The position numbers were made by a program, and so were the translations under genes. Positions 1-8,176 of a stretch of DNA of 64,000 bases are shown piece by piece (positions within the stretch are counted from its first letter, which is position 1; each line of letters starts with the position of its first letter). Below the pieces are notes generated by a model, which saw nothing but the letters and a program-made list of their open reading frames with translations, was not told where the DNA came from and ran no database searches. Origin of the DNA: Pseudomonadota bacterium (lineage in GTDB: Bacteria > Pseudomonadota > Alphaproteobacteria > Sphingomonadales > CAKZYD01); the NCBI GenBank assembly GCA_049324415.1, contig JBMOOS010000012.1:16851-80850 (forward strand), read 5' to 3'.

Positions 1-39
1 CATCCACCGTGTTGGGTCTGTTTAGGTAAGCAAAGCTTT

Positions 40-71
40 GGTGGAGCGCGCCCTCAACAACGCGCTCCACC
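40..71. other. perfect 11-bp inverted repeat GGTGGAGCGCG-N10-CGCGCTCCACC
   Basis: Read directly. It follows in-frame stops at 23-29 that could end an upstream + strand gene. No U-tract, so not a classical intrinsic terminator. Confidence 0.6.
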
Positions 72-75
72 AACC

Positions 76-126
76 ACCCACCGCAAGAGCAGCAGACCGC
101 CCAGGCGGTGGGTACTGACCCACCGC
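76..126. other. alternative-pairing element: ACCCACCGC (76-84) / GCGGTGGGT (105-113) / ACCCACCGC (118-126)
   Basis: The central 9-mer is the exact reverse complement of both flanking 9-mers, so two mutually exclusive hairpins are possible (20-nt or 4-nt loop). Confidence 0.5.
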
Positions 127-231
127 ATGTCGGTATTGGCGGTTTATAAGAACCTATTAGGTGGAACAATGCGCTGAAGGGATGCAACCGCACTGATCGC
201 ACGGCGGCACATGGTGCGAAAGGAATTTGGA

Positions 232-624
232 ATGGATGGGGTTAATTTCACGGGAAAACTGCCTCCCCCCTCGGTGTCGCGCGCCGAACCCGTCCGCGCT
301 GACATCGGCGGGCGCGCTGCGGGCCACGGCCAGGACGCGCAAACCCCTGCCCCGGTCGGCCCCACCGGCAGAGCGCCGGAAAACAGGAATGATCCGAAGG
401 ACCCCTTTGCCAAGGTGACGCAGATGCTGGGAGAGGCGCTTGCCGGGCGGATTGCGCGCTCCAAGCTGCAAATCGAGCGTGACGAGGCCAGCGGTCGCTT
501 CATATACAAGGCGGTCGATGTCGAGTCAGGCGAAGTGACGCGGCAATTTCCGCCCGAGGAGGTGCTGCGGATCCTCGCCTTTTACCGTAACCCGGAAGGC
601 TTGGTTATCGACGACAAAGCCTAG
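232..624 (+). CDS. flaG: flagellar protein FlaG
   Basis: C-terminal KLQIERDEASGRFIYKAVDVESGEVTRQFPPEEVLRI resembles the FlaG family core. AAGGAA RBS lies 6 nt before ATG 232 (the ORF-track start at 211 remains possible). Sits immediately upstream of the flagellin genes. Confidence 0.8.
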   Translation: MDGVNFTGKLPPPSVSRAEPVRADIGGRAAGHGQDAQTPAPVGPTGRAPENRNDPKDPFAKVTQMLGEALAGRIARSKLQIERDEASGRFIYKAVDVESGEVTRQFPPEEVLRILAFYRNPEGLVIDDKA

Positions 625-686
625 TCTCCTCTGCGGCGCGGGACGCGTATCCCTCGCGCCGCGACACGGAAGTGTACGACAAAACT

Positions 687-720
687 ATGCCGCCTTGCCC
701 TGGCAAGGCGGCATTTTTTT
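687..720 (+). terminator. rho-independent terminator after flaG
   Basis: ATGCCGCCTTGCC / GGCAAGGCGGCAT stem followed by a T7 run. Confidence 0.85.
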
Positions 721-804
721 CCGCCCGTGGGTGGTCGAACTGTCCCGGAAAACCTTTCCCAGGCCATGGGCCTGGCTGGCCTTGGTCAATAAAAATATCA
801 ATTA

Positions 805-817
805 TATCAATAGATTG
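805..817 (+). promoter_or_regulatory. IHF-consensus match TATCAATAGATTG (WATCAANNNNTTR)
   Basis: Exact match to the IHF core consensus inside an AT-rich patch, about 30 bp upstream of the sigma54 -24 element. Confidence 0.5.
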
Positions 818-845
818 AATGTCACGCCTTCAACTCGTCGCGCGC

Positions 846-861
846 TGGCACATGGCTTGCT
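846..861 (+). promoter_or_regulatory. sigma54 (RpoN) promoter TGGCAC-ATGGC-TTGCT for flagellin 1
   Basis: Perfect TGGCAC-N5-TTGC with the -12 element 68 nt upstream of ATG 928. Confidence 0.8.
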
Positions 862-927
862 TTCCTGTCTTCCCGAGCAAAAGGCTCGAGCCGAGAAAAC
901 TCGGTTTCTCACAGAAAGGAGTAGACA

Positions 928-1764
928 ATGTCGTTTTCCGTGAACACCAACGCAAGTGCCTTTGTCGCTTTGCAGAATTTGACCGTGACCAACAAAGCAC
1001 TCACTGTGACCCAGAACCGGATCAATACCGGCAAGGCCGTGGCGACGGCGAAGGACAATAGCGCGATTTTCGCGATCGCGCAGAACCTTCGCTCCGACCT
1101 CGGCGGTCTCAACGCGGTCAAGCAAAGCATCGATCGCGGCCTCTCGACGCTCGATATCGCTGTTTCGGCCGCCGAGTCGATTTCCGACCTTCTCGTTCAG
1201 ATGAAGGAGAAGGCGGTCGCTGGCGCGGATGAGGGCCTCGACACGCAAAGCCGCAGCGCTTTGACCGAGGACTTCAATGCGCTGCGCGACCAGATCGCGA
1301 TCATTGTCAGCAACGCCCAGTTCAACGGCTCCAATCTCATCGATGGAAACAGTGGCGCGGGCTCAAGGCTCAAGGTGCTGCTGTCGGATGCCGGCACGCA
1401 GACCTTCTCCGTCGCCAACCAGTCGCTGGGATTGGGCAGTTCGAACGTGACGATCGGCGCAACGTCCACTTTCACCACCGCGACCGAGGCGGCCAGCATG
1501 GTGACCACCATTGAAACCTCGTTGACCAATGTCAACAAGGTGCTGGGCACATTCGGTTCCGGAGCGCGGACTTTGGACGTGCAAAAATCGTTTGTCGCCA
1601 AGCTCGCCGATACCATCGAGACCGGTATCGGGAACCTGGTCGATGCTGACCTGGCACGGGAAAGCGCAAGGCTGCAATCGCTGCAGGTCAAGCAGCAACT
1701 TGGCTTGCAGGCCTTGTCGATTGCCAATCAATCGCCGCAGGCGGTGCTTTCGCTGTTCTCATAA
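928..1764 (+). CDS. flagellin (short, about 278 aa, Caulobacter-type)
   Basis: N-terminal MSFSVNTNASAFVALQNL...NRINTGKAV and C-terminal LQSLQVKQQLGLQALSIANQSPQAVLSLFS are conserved flagellin D0/D1 segments. GAAAGGAG RBS present. Confidence 0.95.
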   Translation: MSFSVNTNASAFVALQNLTVTNKALTVTQNRINTGKAVATAKDNSAIFAIAQNLRSDLGGLNAVKQSIDRGLSTLDIAVSAAESISDLLVQMKEKAVAGADEGLDTQSRSALTEDFNALRDQIAIIVSNAQFNGSNLIDGNSGAGSRLKVLLSDAGTQTFSVANQSLGLGSSNVTIGATSTFTTATEAASMVTTIETSLTNVNKVLGTFGSGARTLDVQKSFVAKLADTIETGIGNLVDADLARESARLQSLQVKQQLGLQALSIANQSPQAVLSLFS

Positions 1765-1811
1765 ACGACCTCGAGAGCGACGGGTCACCCTCGCTCTCCT
1801 GGCGCCTTCTC

Positions 1812-1848
1812 AATTTCCCGCCAGGCTCTCCTGGCGGGAAATTTTTTT
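1812..1848 (+). terminator. rho-independent terminator after flagellin 1
   Basis: AATTTCCCGCCAGG-CTCT-CCTGGCGGGAAATT stem-loop followed by a T-run. Confidence 0.9.
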
Positions 1849-1946
1849 CCCCACCCCCCATTCAACCCGGAAAAAACTGCGCGCCAGCCCTGCTCAAGGC
1901 TTCCCAAATCAAAGTCAACGCATTGAATAATAAAAGAAAAATATAT

Positions 1947-1962
1947 TGGCACGAGGCTTGCT
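1947..1962 (+). promoter_or_regulatory. sigma54 promoter TGGCAC-GAGGC-TTGCT for flagellin 2
   Basis: Perfect TGGCAC-N5-TTGC preceded by an AT-rich patch. A one-mismatch IHF-like site AGTCAACGCATTG lies at 1913-1925. Confidence 0.8.
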
Positions 1963-2037
1963 TCATGTCTTTGCAAGCGGACTTTGCCGGGCATCAACGC
2001 CGCGGCGGGACCGAAGACAGCCGAAGGAGAGCCGACG

Positions 2038-2868
2038 ATGTCAATGTCGATCAACACCAATAGCTCAGCGCTCAACGCGCTGCAGAATCTGAATATCACC
2101 AACCGCGACCTCGATAAGACCCAGCTTCGGGTCAATACCGGCCTTGAAGTGCGCAATGCCAAGGACAATGCGGCGGTTTACGCCATCGCGCAAAACCTGC
2201 GCGCCAACAAGCAGGGCCTTGAGGCGGTGAAGCAATCCCTCGACCGCTCGATCTCGGCGGTCGACATCGCGCTGGCCGCCTCGGAAGCGATCGCCGACAT
2301 CCTCATTCAAATGAAGGAGAAGGTCGTCGCCGCCGCCGACGCCGGACTCGACGCGCAAAGCCGCAGCGCGCTGCAGGAAGACTTCAACTCGTTGCGCGAC
2401 CAGATCACCACCATGGTCAACAACGCCGAGTTCAACGGCATCAACCTCATCGATGGCAATGGCGACCAGGTTTCCGCCATCGTCAACGCCAATGCGACGC
2501 AGAATATTTCCATCGCCCACCAAAGCCTGTCGCTGGGCAGCTCCAACATCTCGCTGGGCGCGGCGAGCACCTTCACGACGGCGACGGAAGCGCAGTCGTT
2601 GATTTCGGTGATCGACAGCTCGATCAAGAATGTCTCTTCAGTGATGACGGTGCTGGGCGCTGGCTCGCGCTCGATGGAGCTGCAGCGCCTGTTCGTCAAC
2701 AAGCTGTCCGACACCATCGAGACCGGCATTGGCAATCTGGTGGACGCCGATCTTGCCCGGGAAAGCGCGCGCTTGCAGGCGCTCCAGGTCAAGCAGCGAC
2801 TTGGCGTCCAGGCGCTTTCCATCGCCAACAGCCAGCCGCAGGTCATCCTCGGCCTGTTCGGGAATTGA
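2038..2868 (+). CDS. flagellin paralogue (276 aa)
   Basis: MSMSINTNSSALNALQNL... and ...LQALQVKQRLGVQALSIANSQPQVILGLFGN. GAAGGAGA RBS before ATG 2038; the ORF-track 5' extension was trimmed. Confidence 0.95.
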   Translation: MSMSINTNSSALNALQNLNITNRDLDKTQLRVNTGLEVRNAKDNAAVYAIAQNLRANKQGLEAVKQSLDRSISAVDIALAASEAIADILIQMKEKVVAAADAGLDAQSRSALQEDFNSLRDQITTMVNNAEFNGINLIDGNGDQVSAIVNANATQNISIAHQSLSLGSSNISLGAASTFTTATEAQSLISVIDSSIKNVSSVMTVLGAGSRSMELQRLFVNKLSDTIETGIGNLVDADLARESARLQALQVKQRLGVQALSIANSQPQVILGLFGN

Positions 2869-2904
2869 CGCGCGCGCAAGGAAGGCTGTCTTTGCCCGTA
2901 CGCG

Positions 2905-2943
2905 TGGATGGGCCGGCGGAACGCCGGCCCATCCATTTTTTTT
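2905..2943. terminator. bidirectional terminator between flagellin 2 and pseI
   Basis: TGGATGGGCCGGCG-GAA-CGCCGGCCCATCCA stem followed by T8 on the + strand, between convergent genes. Confidence 0.85.
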
Positions 2944-2951
2944 GGCGATCA

Positions 2952-4004
2952 TTATTTGTCGGCAACCAGGTCCCAGGACAGCGGCGTGCCGCGGGCGATG
3001 GCCTGGCGGGCGGCGCGGCCAAGGACATCGGGCAAATGCCTTGGCGCAAGGCCAAAGCCAGGGCGGATCGAACGGACATTGGCTGGCGTCAAGGTCTCGC
3101 CGGCGGCGATATCGGCCACCGCGTAGAGCGAGCGCTTGAACTGGGCGTTGGCGGTCTCGGAGGGCTTCAGCTCATAGCCCACTTGTCCCAAGGCGGCATG
3201 GGCGGCGCGGGTTTCGCGCACCAATGCCGCGAGCTCTTGCGGTTCAAGGGAAAAGCTGGAATCGGGTCCGCCGTCGGCCCGCGCCAGGGTGACGTGCTTT
3301 TCGATGATGGCGGCGCCGAGCGCGGTGGCGGCGATGGCGACGGTGACGCCCATGCTATGGTCGGAAAGGCCGACGGTCGCATCGAAGCGCCGGGCCATGT
3401 CGACCATGGTGTTCAGGTTGATCTCCTCGACCGGCGTTGGATAGCCGCTGACGCAATAAAGAAGGGCGATGTCGCGGGCGCCCGCCCCGCGCGCGGTGCT
3501 CAAGGCGGCTTCGATATCGCCCAAGCTGGCGGTGCCGGTGGACATGACGATGGGTTTGCCGGTTCGCGCGACGCGGGCGATCAGGGGCAGGTCGACAAGC
3601 TCGAGGCTGGCGATCTTGTATGCCGGGTTGCCAAGGCTTTCCAAGAGATCGACCGCCGAGGGGTCGAAGGGGGCGGAAAACAGCGTGACGCCACGCCGGG
3701 CGGCGTGGGCGAACAGGGGGGCGTGCCATTCGAAGGGGGTGAAGGCCTTGCGATAAAGGCTATAAAGGGTTTCGCCGTCCCACAGCCCGCCGCTGATGCG
3801 AAAGCCCGGCCCGTCATGATCGATGGTGATGGTGTCGGGGGTATAGCTTTGCATCTTGACGGCATCGGCGCCGGCCTCGGCCGCCATGTCGATGATGGCG
3901 AAGGCGCGGGCGATGTCGCCATTGTGGTTGGCCGACATCTCGGCGACGATATAGGGTGGGTCGCCCGGGCCGATGGCGCGGCCATTGATGGCAAACTTCC
4001 TCAT
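2952..4004 (-). CDS. pseI: pseudaminic acid synthase (NeuB/PseI family)
   Basis: IGPGDPPYIVAEMSANHNGDIARAFAIIDMAAEAGADAVKMQSY plus a C-terminal SAF-like domain. Last gene of the pse operon. Confidence 0.85.
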   Translation of the reverse strand: MRKFAINGRAIGPGDPPYIVAEMSANHNGDIARAFAIIDMAAEAGADAVKMQSYTPDTITIDHDGPGFRISGGLWDGETLYSLYRKAFTPFEWHAPLFAHAARRGVTLFSAPFDPSAVDLLESLGNPAYKIASLELVDLPLIARVARTGKPIVMSTGTASLGDIEAALSTARGAGARDIALLYCVSGYPTPVEEINLNTMVDMARRFDATVGLSDHSMGVTVAIAATALGAAIIEKHVTLARADGGPDSSFSLEPQELAALVRETRAAHAALGQVGYELKPSETANAQFKRSLYAVADIAAGETLTPANVRSIRPGFGLAPRHLPDVLGRAARQAIARGTPLSWDLVADK

Positions 4005-5302
4005 CAGCGCACCTTGAACACCGGTTCCAGGGGAGGGCAGCGCAACCGGGCGCGCACGTTCTTGCTCTTGATCGCCATGGCCAGCACGTCCAGCACCTCG
4101 TCATAGGCATCGAGCAACCGCGCCACCTCGGCGGGGCCATGGGCGTAGGAAATATTGTGGGTGCCAAGGGTGAGGACGCCGCGGGCGAACATTTCCTGCA
4201 AGAAAAGGGTTTTCATCTCCCAGGCGGTGGCGCCCTCGCAGTCGGAGAGAAGAAAGAAGCTCCAGCTCGGGTGGCCGGCGACCTTGGCGATATGATGGAG
4301 GCCATGCGCCGCAATGCGCGCGCCAAGCCCTTCCATCACCTGGCCGCCGGTGGCGGCAAGGGTTTCCACCACTGGGGCGCTGGCGATCTTGTCGAGAACC
4401 GCGTTCGCTGCGGCGAGCGATAAAGTCTCGCCCCCCATGGTGAAGGAGAAAAAGATGTCCTCCATCAGCGCCATGATATCCGCACGGCCGCAGACCAAAG
4501 ACAAGGGAAAGCCGTTGGCAAGGCCCTTGCCGAAGGTGGCAAGGTCGGGGGTCACGCCGAACAGCTCCTGCGCGCCGCCCTTGGCGAAGCGAAAGCCGGT
4601 GATGGTCTCGTCGAAAATAAGGAGCGCGCCATGGCGGTGGGCGATGTCCCGCACTGCCGCGAGATAGCCGGGCAAGGGCTGGGTGGTGTTCATCGGCTCG
4701 AGGATGACGGCGGCGAAGGCGCCGGGATGGGCGCCGAGCATGTCATCGAGGCGCTCGGCGTCGTTATAGGGAAAGACGTGGGTCAAGGCGCGGGTCGCCT
4801 GCGGCACCCCTTTATGGCGGGCGGTGGCGCCGATATACCAGTCCTGCCAGCCGTGATAGCCGCACACCGCCACCCGGTCGCGCCCGGTATAGGCGCGGGC
4901 GAGGCGCACCGCGCCGGCGGTGGCGTCCGACCCGTTCTTGCCGAAGCGCACCCGCTCGGCGCATGGCACCATGGCGATGACTTTTTCCGCCACTTCCATC
5001 TCCAGGCGGTGGGGGAGGGAGAAGATGACTCCATTGTCCAGTTGCGCGCGCACCGCCCGGTCGACGTCGGCATCGCCATAGCCCAGCATGACGGCAAGCA
5101 GGCCGTTGACGAAATCCACATAGCTGTTGCCGTCGGCGTCCCACACGGTGGCGCCATGGCCGCGCTCGATGAAAAGCGGCGAGACGCCGGGGGGAAATTG
5201 CAGCCGTGACTTGGAGAAGGTCTGGCTGCCGAGCGGGATCGATCGTTCCGCCCGGGTGAGCCAGGCGAGCGAAGTGTCGAAACGGCGCGCCGGCGTGGTC
5301 AT
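4004..5302 (-). CDS. class III (glutamate-1-semialdehyde aminomutase-like) PLP aminotransferase
   Basis: 432 aa. GSDATAGAVRLARAYTGR and FDETITGFR...ATFGKGLANG motifs are typical of the GSA-AT-like fold. 1-nt overlap with the pseI start. Confidence 0.8.
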   Translation of the reverse strand: MTTPARRFDTSLAWLTRAERSIPLGSQTFSKSRLQFPPGVSPLFIERGHGATVWDADGNSYVDFVNGLLAVMLGYGDADVDRAVRAQLDNGVIFSLPHRLEMEVAEKVIAMVPCAERVRFGKNGSDATAGAVRLARAYTGRDRVAVCGYHGWQDWYIGATARHKGVPQATRALTHVFPYNDAERLDDMLGAHPGAFAAVILEPMNTTQPLPGYLAAVRDIAHRHGALLIFDETITGFRFAKGGAQELFGVTPDLATFGKGLANGFPLSLVCGRADIMALMEDIFFSFTMGGETLSLAAANAVLDKIASAPVVETLAATGGQVMEGLGARIAAHGLHHIAKVAGHPSWSFFLLSDCEGATAWEMKTLFLQEMFARGVLTLGTHNISYAHGPAEVARLLDAYDEVLDVLAMAIKSKNVRARLRCPPLEPVFKVR

Positions 5303-6063
5303 GGGCGGGGCTCCATGGCGTTGCGGGCCAGCGTCGCCTCGTAGCCGGCGTTGCGCGCGATGTGGCTGTTGAGGGCCGCGACATCGGGATGAGCGCCAAG
5401 AAAATCCAGCACGTCATGGCTGGAAAAGCGGGGGTTGTCGGGATAGAGCGCGGCGAACACCGCTTGCACGAAGGCAAGGTCTTCCGGCTCGTCGACGGTC
5501 CAGCGCTGGCTGGAGCGATCGATTTCGCTGGTCAGGTTGCCGATGGAAAAGCCCTTGGCGCGCCCGGTGATGTAACTGGTCACATGCTCCCGCTGCGATG
5601 GCTTGCTGGCGTTCTCCCAAGCCAGGTTGAGGGCCTGGCGGGTCATCGCCTCGACGTCGAGGCCGTCGGGATAGGTGGGGGGCAGGACATTGCTGCTATA
5701 GTCGTGGCGACCGGCCAAATGCAGCCGCACCACGGCGTCGATGAGGTCGGGGTCGATGAGCGGGCAGTCGCCGGTGAGGCGCACCACATGGTCGGCGTTG
5801 TAGCGCTTGGCGCATTGGTAGAAGCGGTCGAGCACGTCGTCGACGGCGCCGCGATAGCAATCGACTTTCAGCGCCTGGGCAAGAGCGGCCAGGGGGTCGT
5901 CCTCGGCCTGGCCCGAGGTGGCGATGACCAGCCGATCGAGAAGGCGGGCGCGGGCGATGCGCTCGATCTGACGGGCAAGCATGGGCTTGCCAAGGATCGG
6001 CGCCAAGACCTTGCCAGGCAAGCGGGTCGAGCCCATGCGCGCTTGCAGGACACACAGAATCAT
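5299..6063 (-). CDS. SpsF-type (COG1861-like) cytidylyltransferase
   Basis: MILCVLQARMGSTRLPGKVL N-terminus. Start trimmed to ATG 6063. ATGA overlap with the downstream aminotransferase. Confidence 0.75.
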   Translation of the reverse strand: MILCVLQARMGSTRLPGKVLAPILGKPMLARQIERIARARLLDRLVIATSGQAEDDPLAALAQALKVDCYRGAVDDVLDRFYQCAKRYNADHVVRLTGDCPLIDPDLIDAVVRLHLAGRHDYSSNVLPPTYPDGLDVEAMTRQALNLAWENASKPSQREHVTSYITGRAKGFSIGNLTSEIDRSSQRWTVDEPEDLAFVQAVFAALYPDNPRFSSHDVLDFLGAHPDVAALNSHIARNAGYEATLARNAMEPRP

Positions 6064-6082
6064 GAGGCAAGTCTCCCGAGCA

Positions 6083-6982
6083 TCATGAGGCACGTCTCTT
6101 AAGGTCGGCGGGCGCGGGCCATCGCCGGGGGTCAACGAGGCGCGCCTCGCTAATCGCAAGGCCGCCATAGTCGAGCGCGGCGACCGGCGCGGCGGCGGCG
6201 CCAGCCAGCTCCTCCAGCTCCTCGACGGTGGTGACGCCGAGAATGGCGACATCGATGCGCCCGCTCAGCCGGGCAAAGCCCAGCGCCGCCTCAAGCGGCG
6301 TTCTCCCAGCCGCCGCGGCCTGGCGGCGCAAGGCGGCAAGGGCAGGGCGCAGCTCGGCAAGATGGGCCGGCAGGCGCTCGGGGTCGGCGGCGATCACGCC
6401 TTGCAAGAGGAGGGAGCGGGCATGGACCTCTATGCCACGCCGGCGCAGCCGGTCCAGCGTGCCGTCATGCAACAGCCGCTGGTCGAGGATGCTGAAGGGT
6501 ATCTGGAGGATGTCGATGGGATAGCGGGCAAGCAGCGCGTCGACCTCGCCGCCGTTATAGACCGAGGCGCCAAGGCGGCAGGCAAGGCCATCCTCGCGCA
6601 CCTCCTCCATGGCCCGCCACAGCGCCGCGCCATGTTCGCCGAGAAGATCGCCCGCATGGTGGACGAGGAGACCCTCGAGCGGCGCTTTCAGCCGCGCCGC
6701 CGAGGCCTCGGCATCGCCGCGCACGGCCTCGATCGCCTGGCGCAAGGAAAGGCCGGTGAAATGCCGGGTCTTGCTGATGACGCGCAGGCCATGGGTCGCC
6801 GGCAGGTGGCGGCCGATCAAGGCCTCGGCCTCGCCATAGGCGGGCGCGGTGTCGATCAGCGCGACGCCGAGATCGCAAGCGCGGGCCAAAATCGCCGCGA
6901 CCATGTCCTCGCGCAGGCGGCCATGCTGGTTGGTCGCCCCATAGTCGAGACCGAACTGCGCCGTGCCCAACCCCAGTTTCAT
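6083..6982 (-). CDS. aldo/keto reductase family oxidoreductase
   Basis: MKLGLGTAQFGLDYGATNQHG...IDTAPAYGEAE pattern. Start trimmed to ATG 6982, which overlaps the pseC stop (ATGA). Confidence 0.75.
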   Translation of the reverse strand: MKLGLGTAQFGLDYGATNQHGRLREDMVAAILARACDLGVALIDTAPAYGEAEALIGRHLPATHGLRVISKTRHFTGLSLRQAIEAVRGDAEASAARLKAPLEGLLVHHAGDLLGEHGAALWRAMEEVREDGLACRLGASVYNGGEVDALLARYPIDILQIPFSILDQRLLHDGTLDRLRRRGIEVHARSLLLQGVIAADPERLPAHLAELRPALAALRRQAAAAGRTPLEAALGFARLSGRIDVAILGVTTVEELEELAGAAAAPVAALDYGGLAISEARLVDPRRWPAPADLKRRAS

Positions 6983-8169
6983 GGCAAGAGGCCCTCCAGG
7001 GCGTCGCACACCCGGTCGACGTCGGCGTCCTTCATGCCGGCGTGCAAGGGCAGGGACAGGCAGCGCTCGTAATAGCGCCAGGCGCCCGGCAGATCGGGCG
7101 CGCCATAGCGGGCGACGTAATAAGGCTGGTGGCTGACGGGAAAATAATGCACTTGGCTGCCGATGGCCTGGTCGCGCAAGGCCGCCATCACGGCGCGCCG
7201 GTCGCGCCCCAGGGCGGCGAAGTCGATGAGCGCCACCGCAAGATGCCAGCACGGATCGGCATGGGGCGCGCGGGCGATGAAGCGGATCCGGGGCGCCATG
7301 ACGGAAAGGCGCGCCTCATAGCGGCGGACGAGATGGCGGCGGGTCTCGGCGAAACGGTCGAGCTTGGCGAGTTGCGACAGGCCAAGGGCGCATTGCAGGT
7401 CGCTTGCCCGGTAATTATAGCCGAGCTCGGGCATTTCATAATACCAGGGATTGGCCTTGCCGTCGGCGGCAAGGCCATGGGCGGGGTACGCGAAATGGCC
7501 AGGCGCGCTCGCCATGCCGTGATGGCGCAGCCGGCGCATGCGCGCAGCAACCTCGGGGTCGTTGGTGGTGACCGCGCCGCCTTCGCCCATGGCGATGGTT
7601 TTCACCGGATGAAAGGAAAAGCAGGCGGCGGCGGAAGTGGCGCAATCGCCAACCCGCTGGCCGTTGCCGTAGCGGGTGCCCAGGGCGTGGCAGGCGTCCT
7701 CGACCAGGCGGGCGCCATGCTCGGTGGCGATTGCGCCAAGGCTGATAAGGTCGCATGGCTGGCCGGCGAGATGCACCGGGATGGCGAGCTTGACCGGCGC
7801 GCCGGCGCTGGCAATGGCGGCGTCAAGGGTGGCGGGCGTCATCAGGCCATTGTCGGGATCGACATCGGCGAACACCACTTCGGCGTCGCACATGCGCGCG
7901 GCATTGGCGGTGGCAAGGAAGGTGATCGCCGGGACGATGACGCGATCGCCAGGCCCCAGCCCTTGCGCAAGATAGGCAAGGTGCAGCGCCGCCGTCCCAT
8001 TGGCGCAGGCAACCGCATGGCGGGCGCCGAGCTGGGCGCACAGCGCTTCCTCAAAGGCGGCGACGGCGGGGCCGGTGGTGAGCAAGTCGCCCTGCAAGGC
8101 GGCGACCACGGCGGCGATGTCGTCGGCGTCTATCTGCTGCCGGCCATAGGGAAGAAAGGGCGCGCCCAT
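6979..8169 (-). CDS. pseC: UDP-4-amino-4,6-dideoxy-N-acetyl-beta-L-altrosamine transaminase (DegT/PseC family)
   Basis: LPYGRQQIDADDIAAVVAALQGDLLTTGPAV and FSFHPVKTIAMGEGG (PLP lysine). Start trimmed to ATG 8169. Confidence 0.85.
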   Translation of the reverse strand: MGAPFLPYGRQQIDADDIAAVVAALQGDLLTTGPAVAAFEEALCAQLGARHAVACANGTAALHLAYLAQGLGPGDRVIVPAITFLATANAARMCDAEVVFADVDPDNGLMTPATLDAAIASAGAPVKLAIPVHLAGQPCDLISLGAIATEHGARLVEDACHALGTRYGNGQRVGDCATSAAACFSFHPVKTIAMGEGGAVTTNDPEVAARMRRLRHHGMASAPGHFAYPAHGLAADGKANPWYYEMPELGYNYRASDLQCALGLSQLAKLDRFAETRRHLVRRYEARLSVMAPRIRFIARAPHADPCWHLAVALIDFAALGRDRRAVMAALRDQAIGSQVHYFPVSHQPYYVARYGAPDLPGAWRYYERCLSLPLHAGMKDADVDRVCDALEGLLP

Positions 8170-8176
8170 GGCCGGG

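Noticed and set aside
1-25. Possible 3' end of an upstream + strand gene (frame 2 reads ...IHRVGSV then TAG at 23-25)
   Set aside because: Only 8 codons are visible. It cannot be supported or named from this window.
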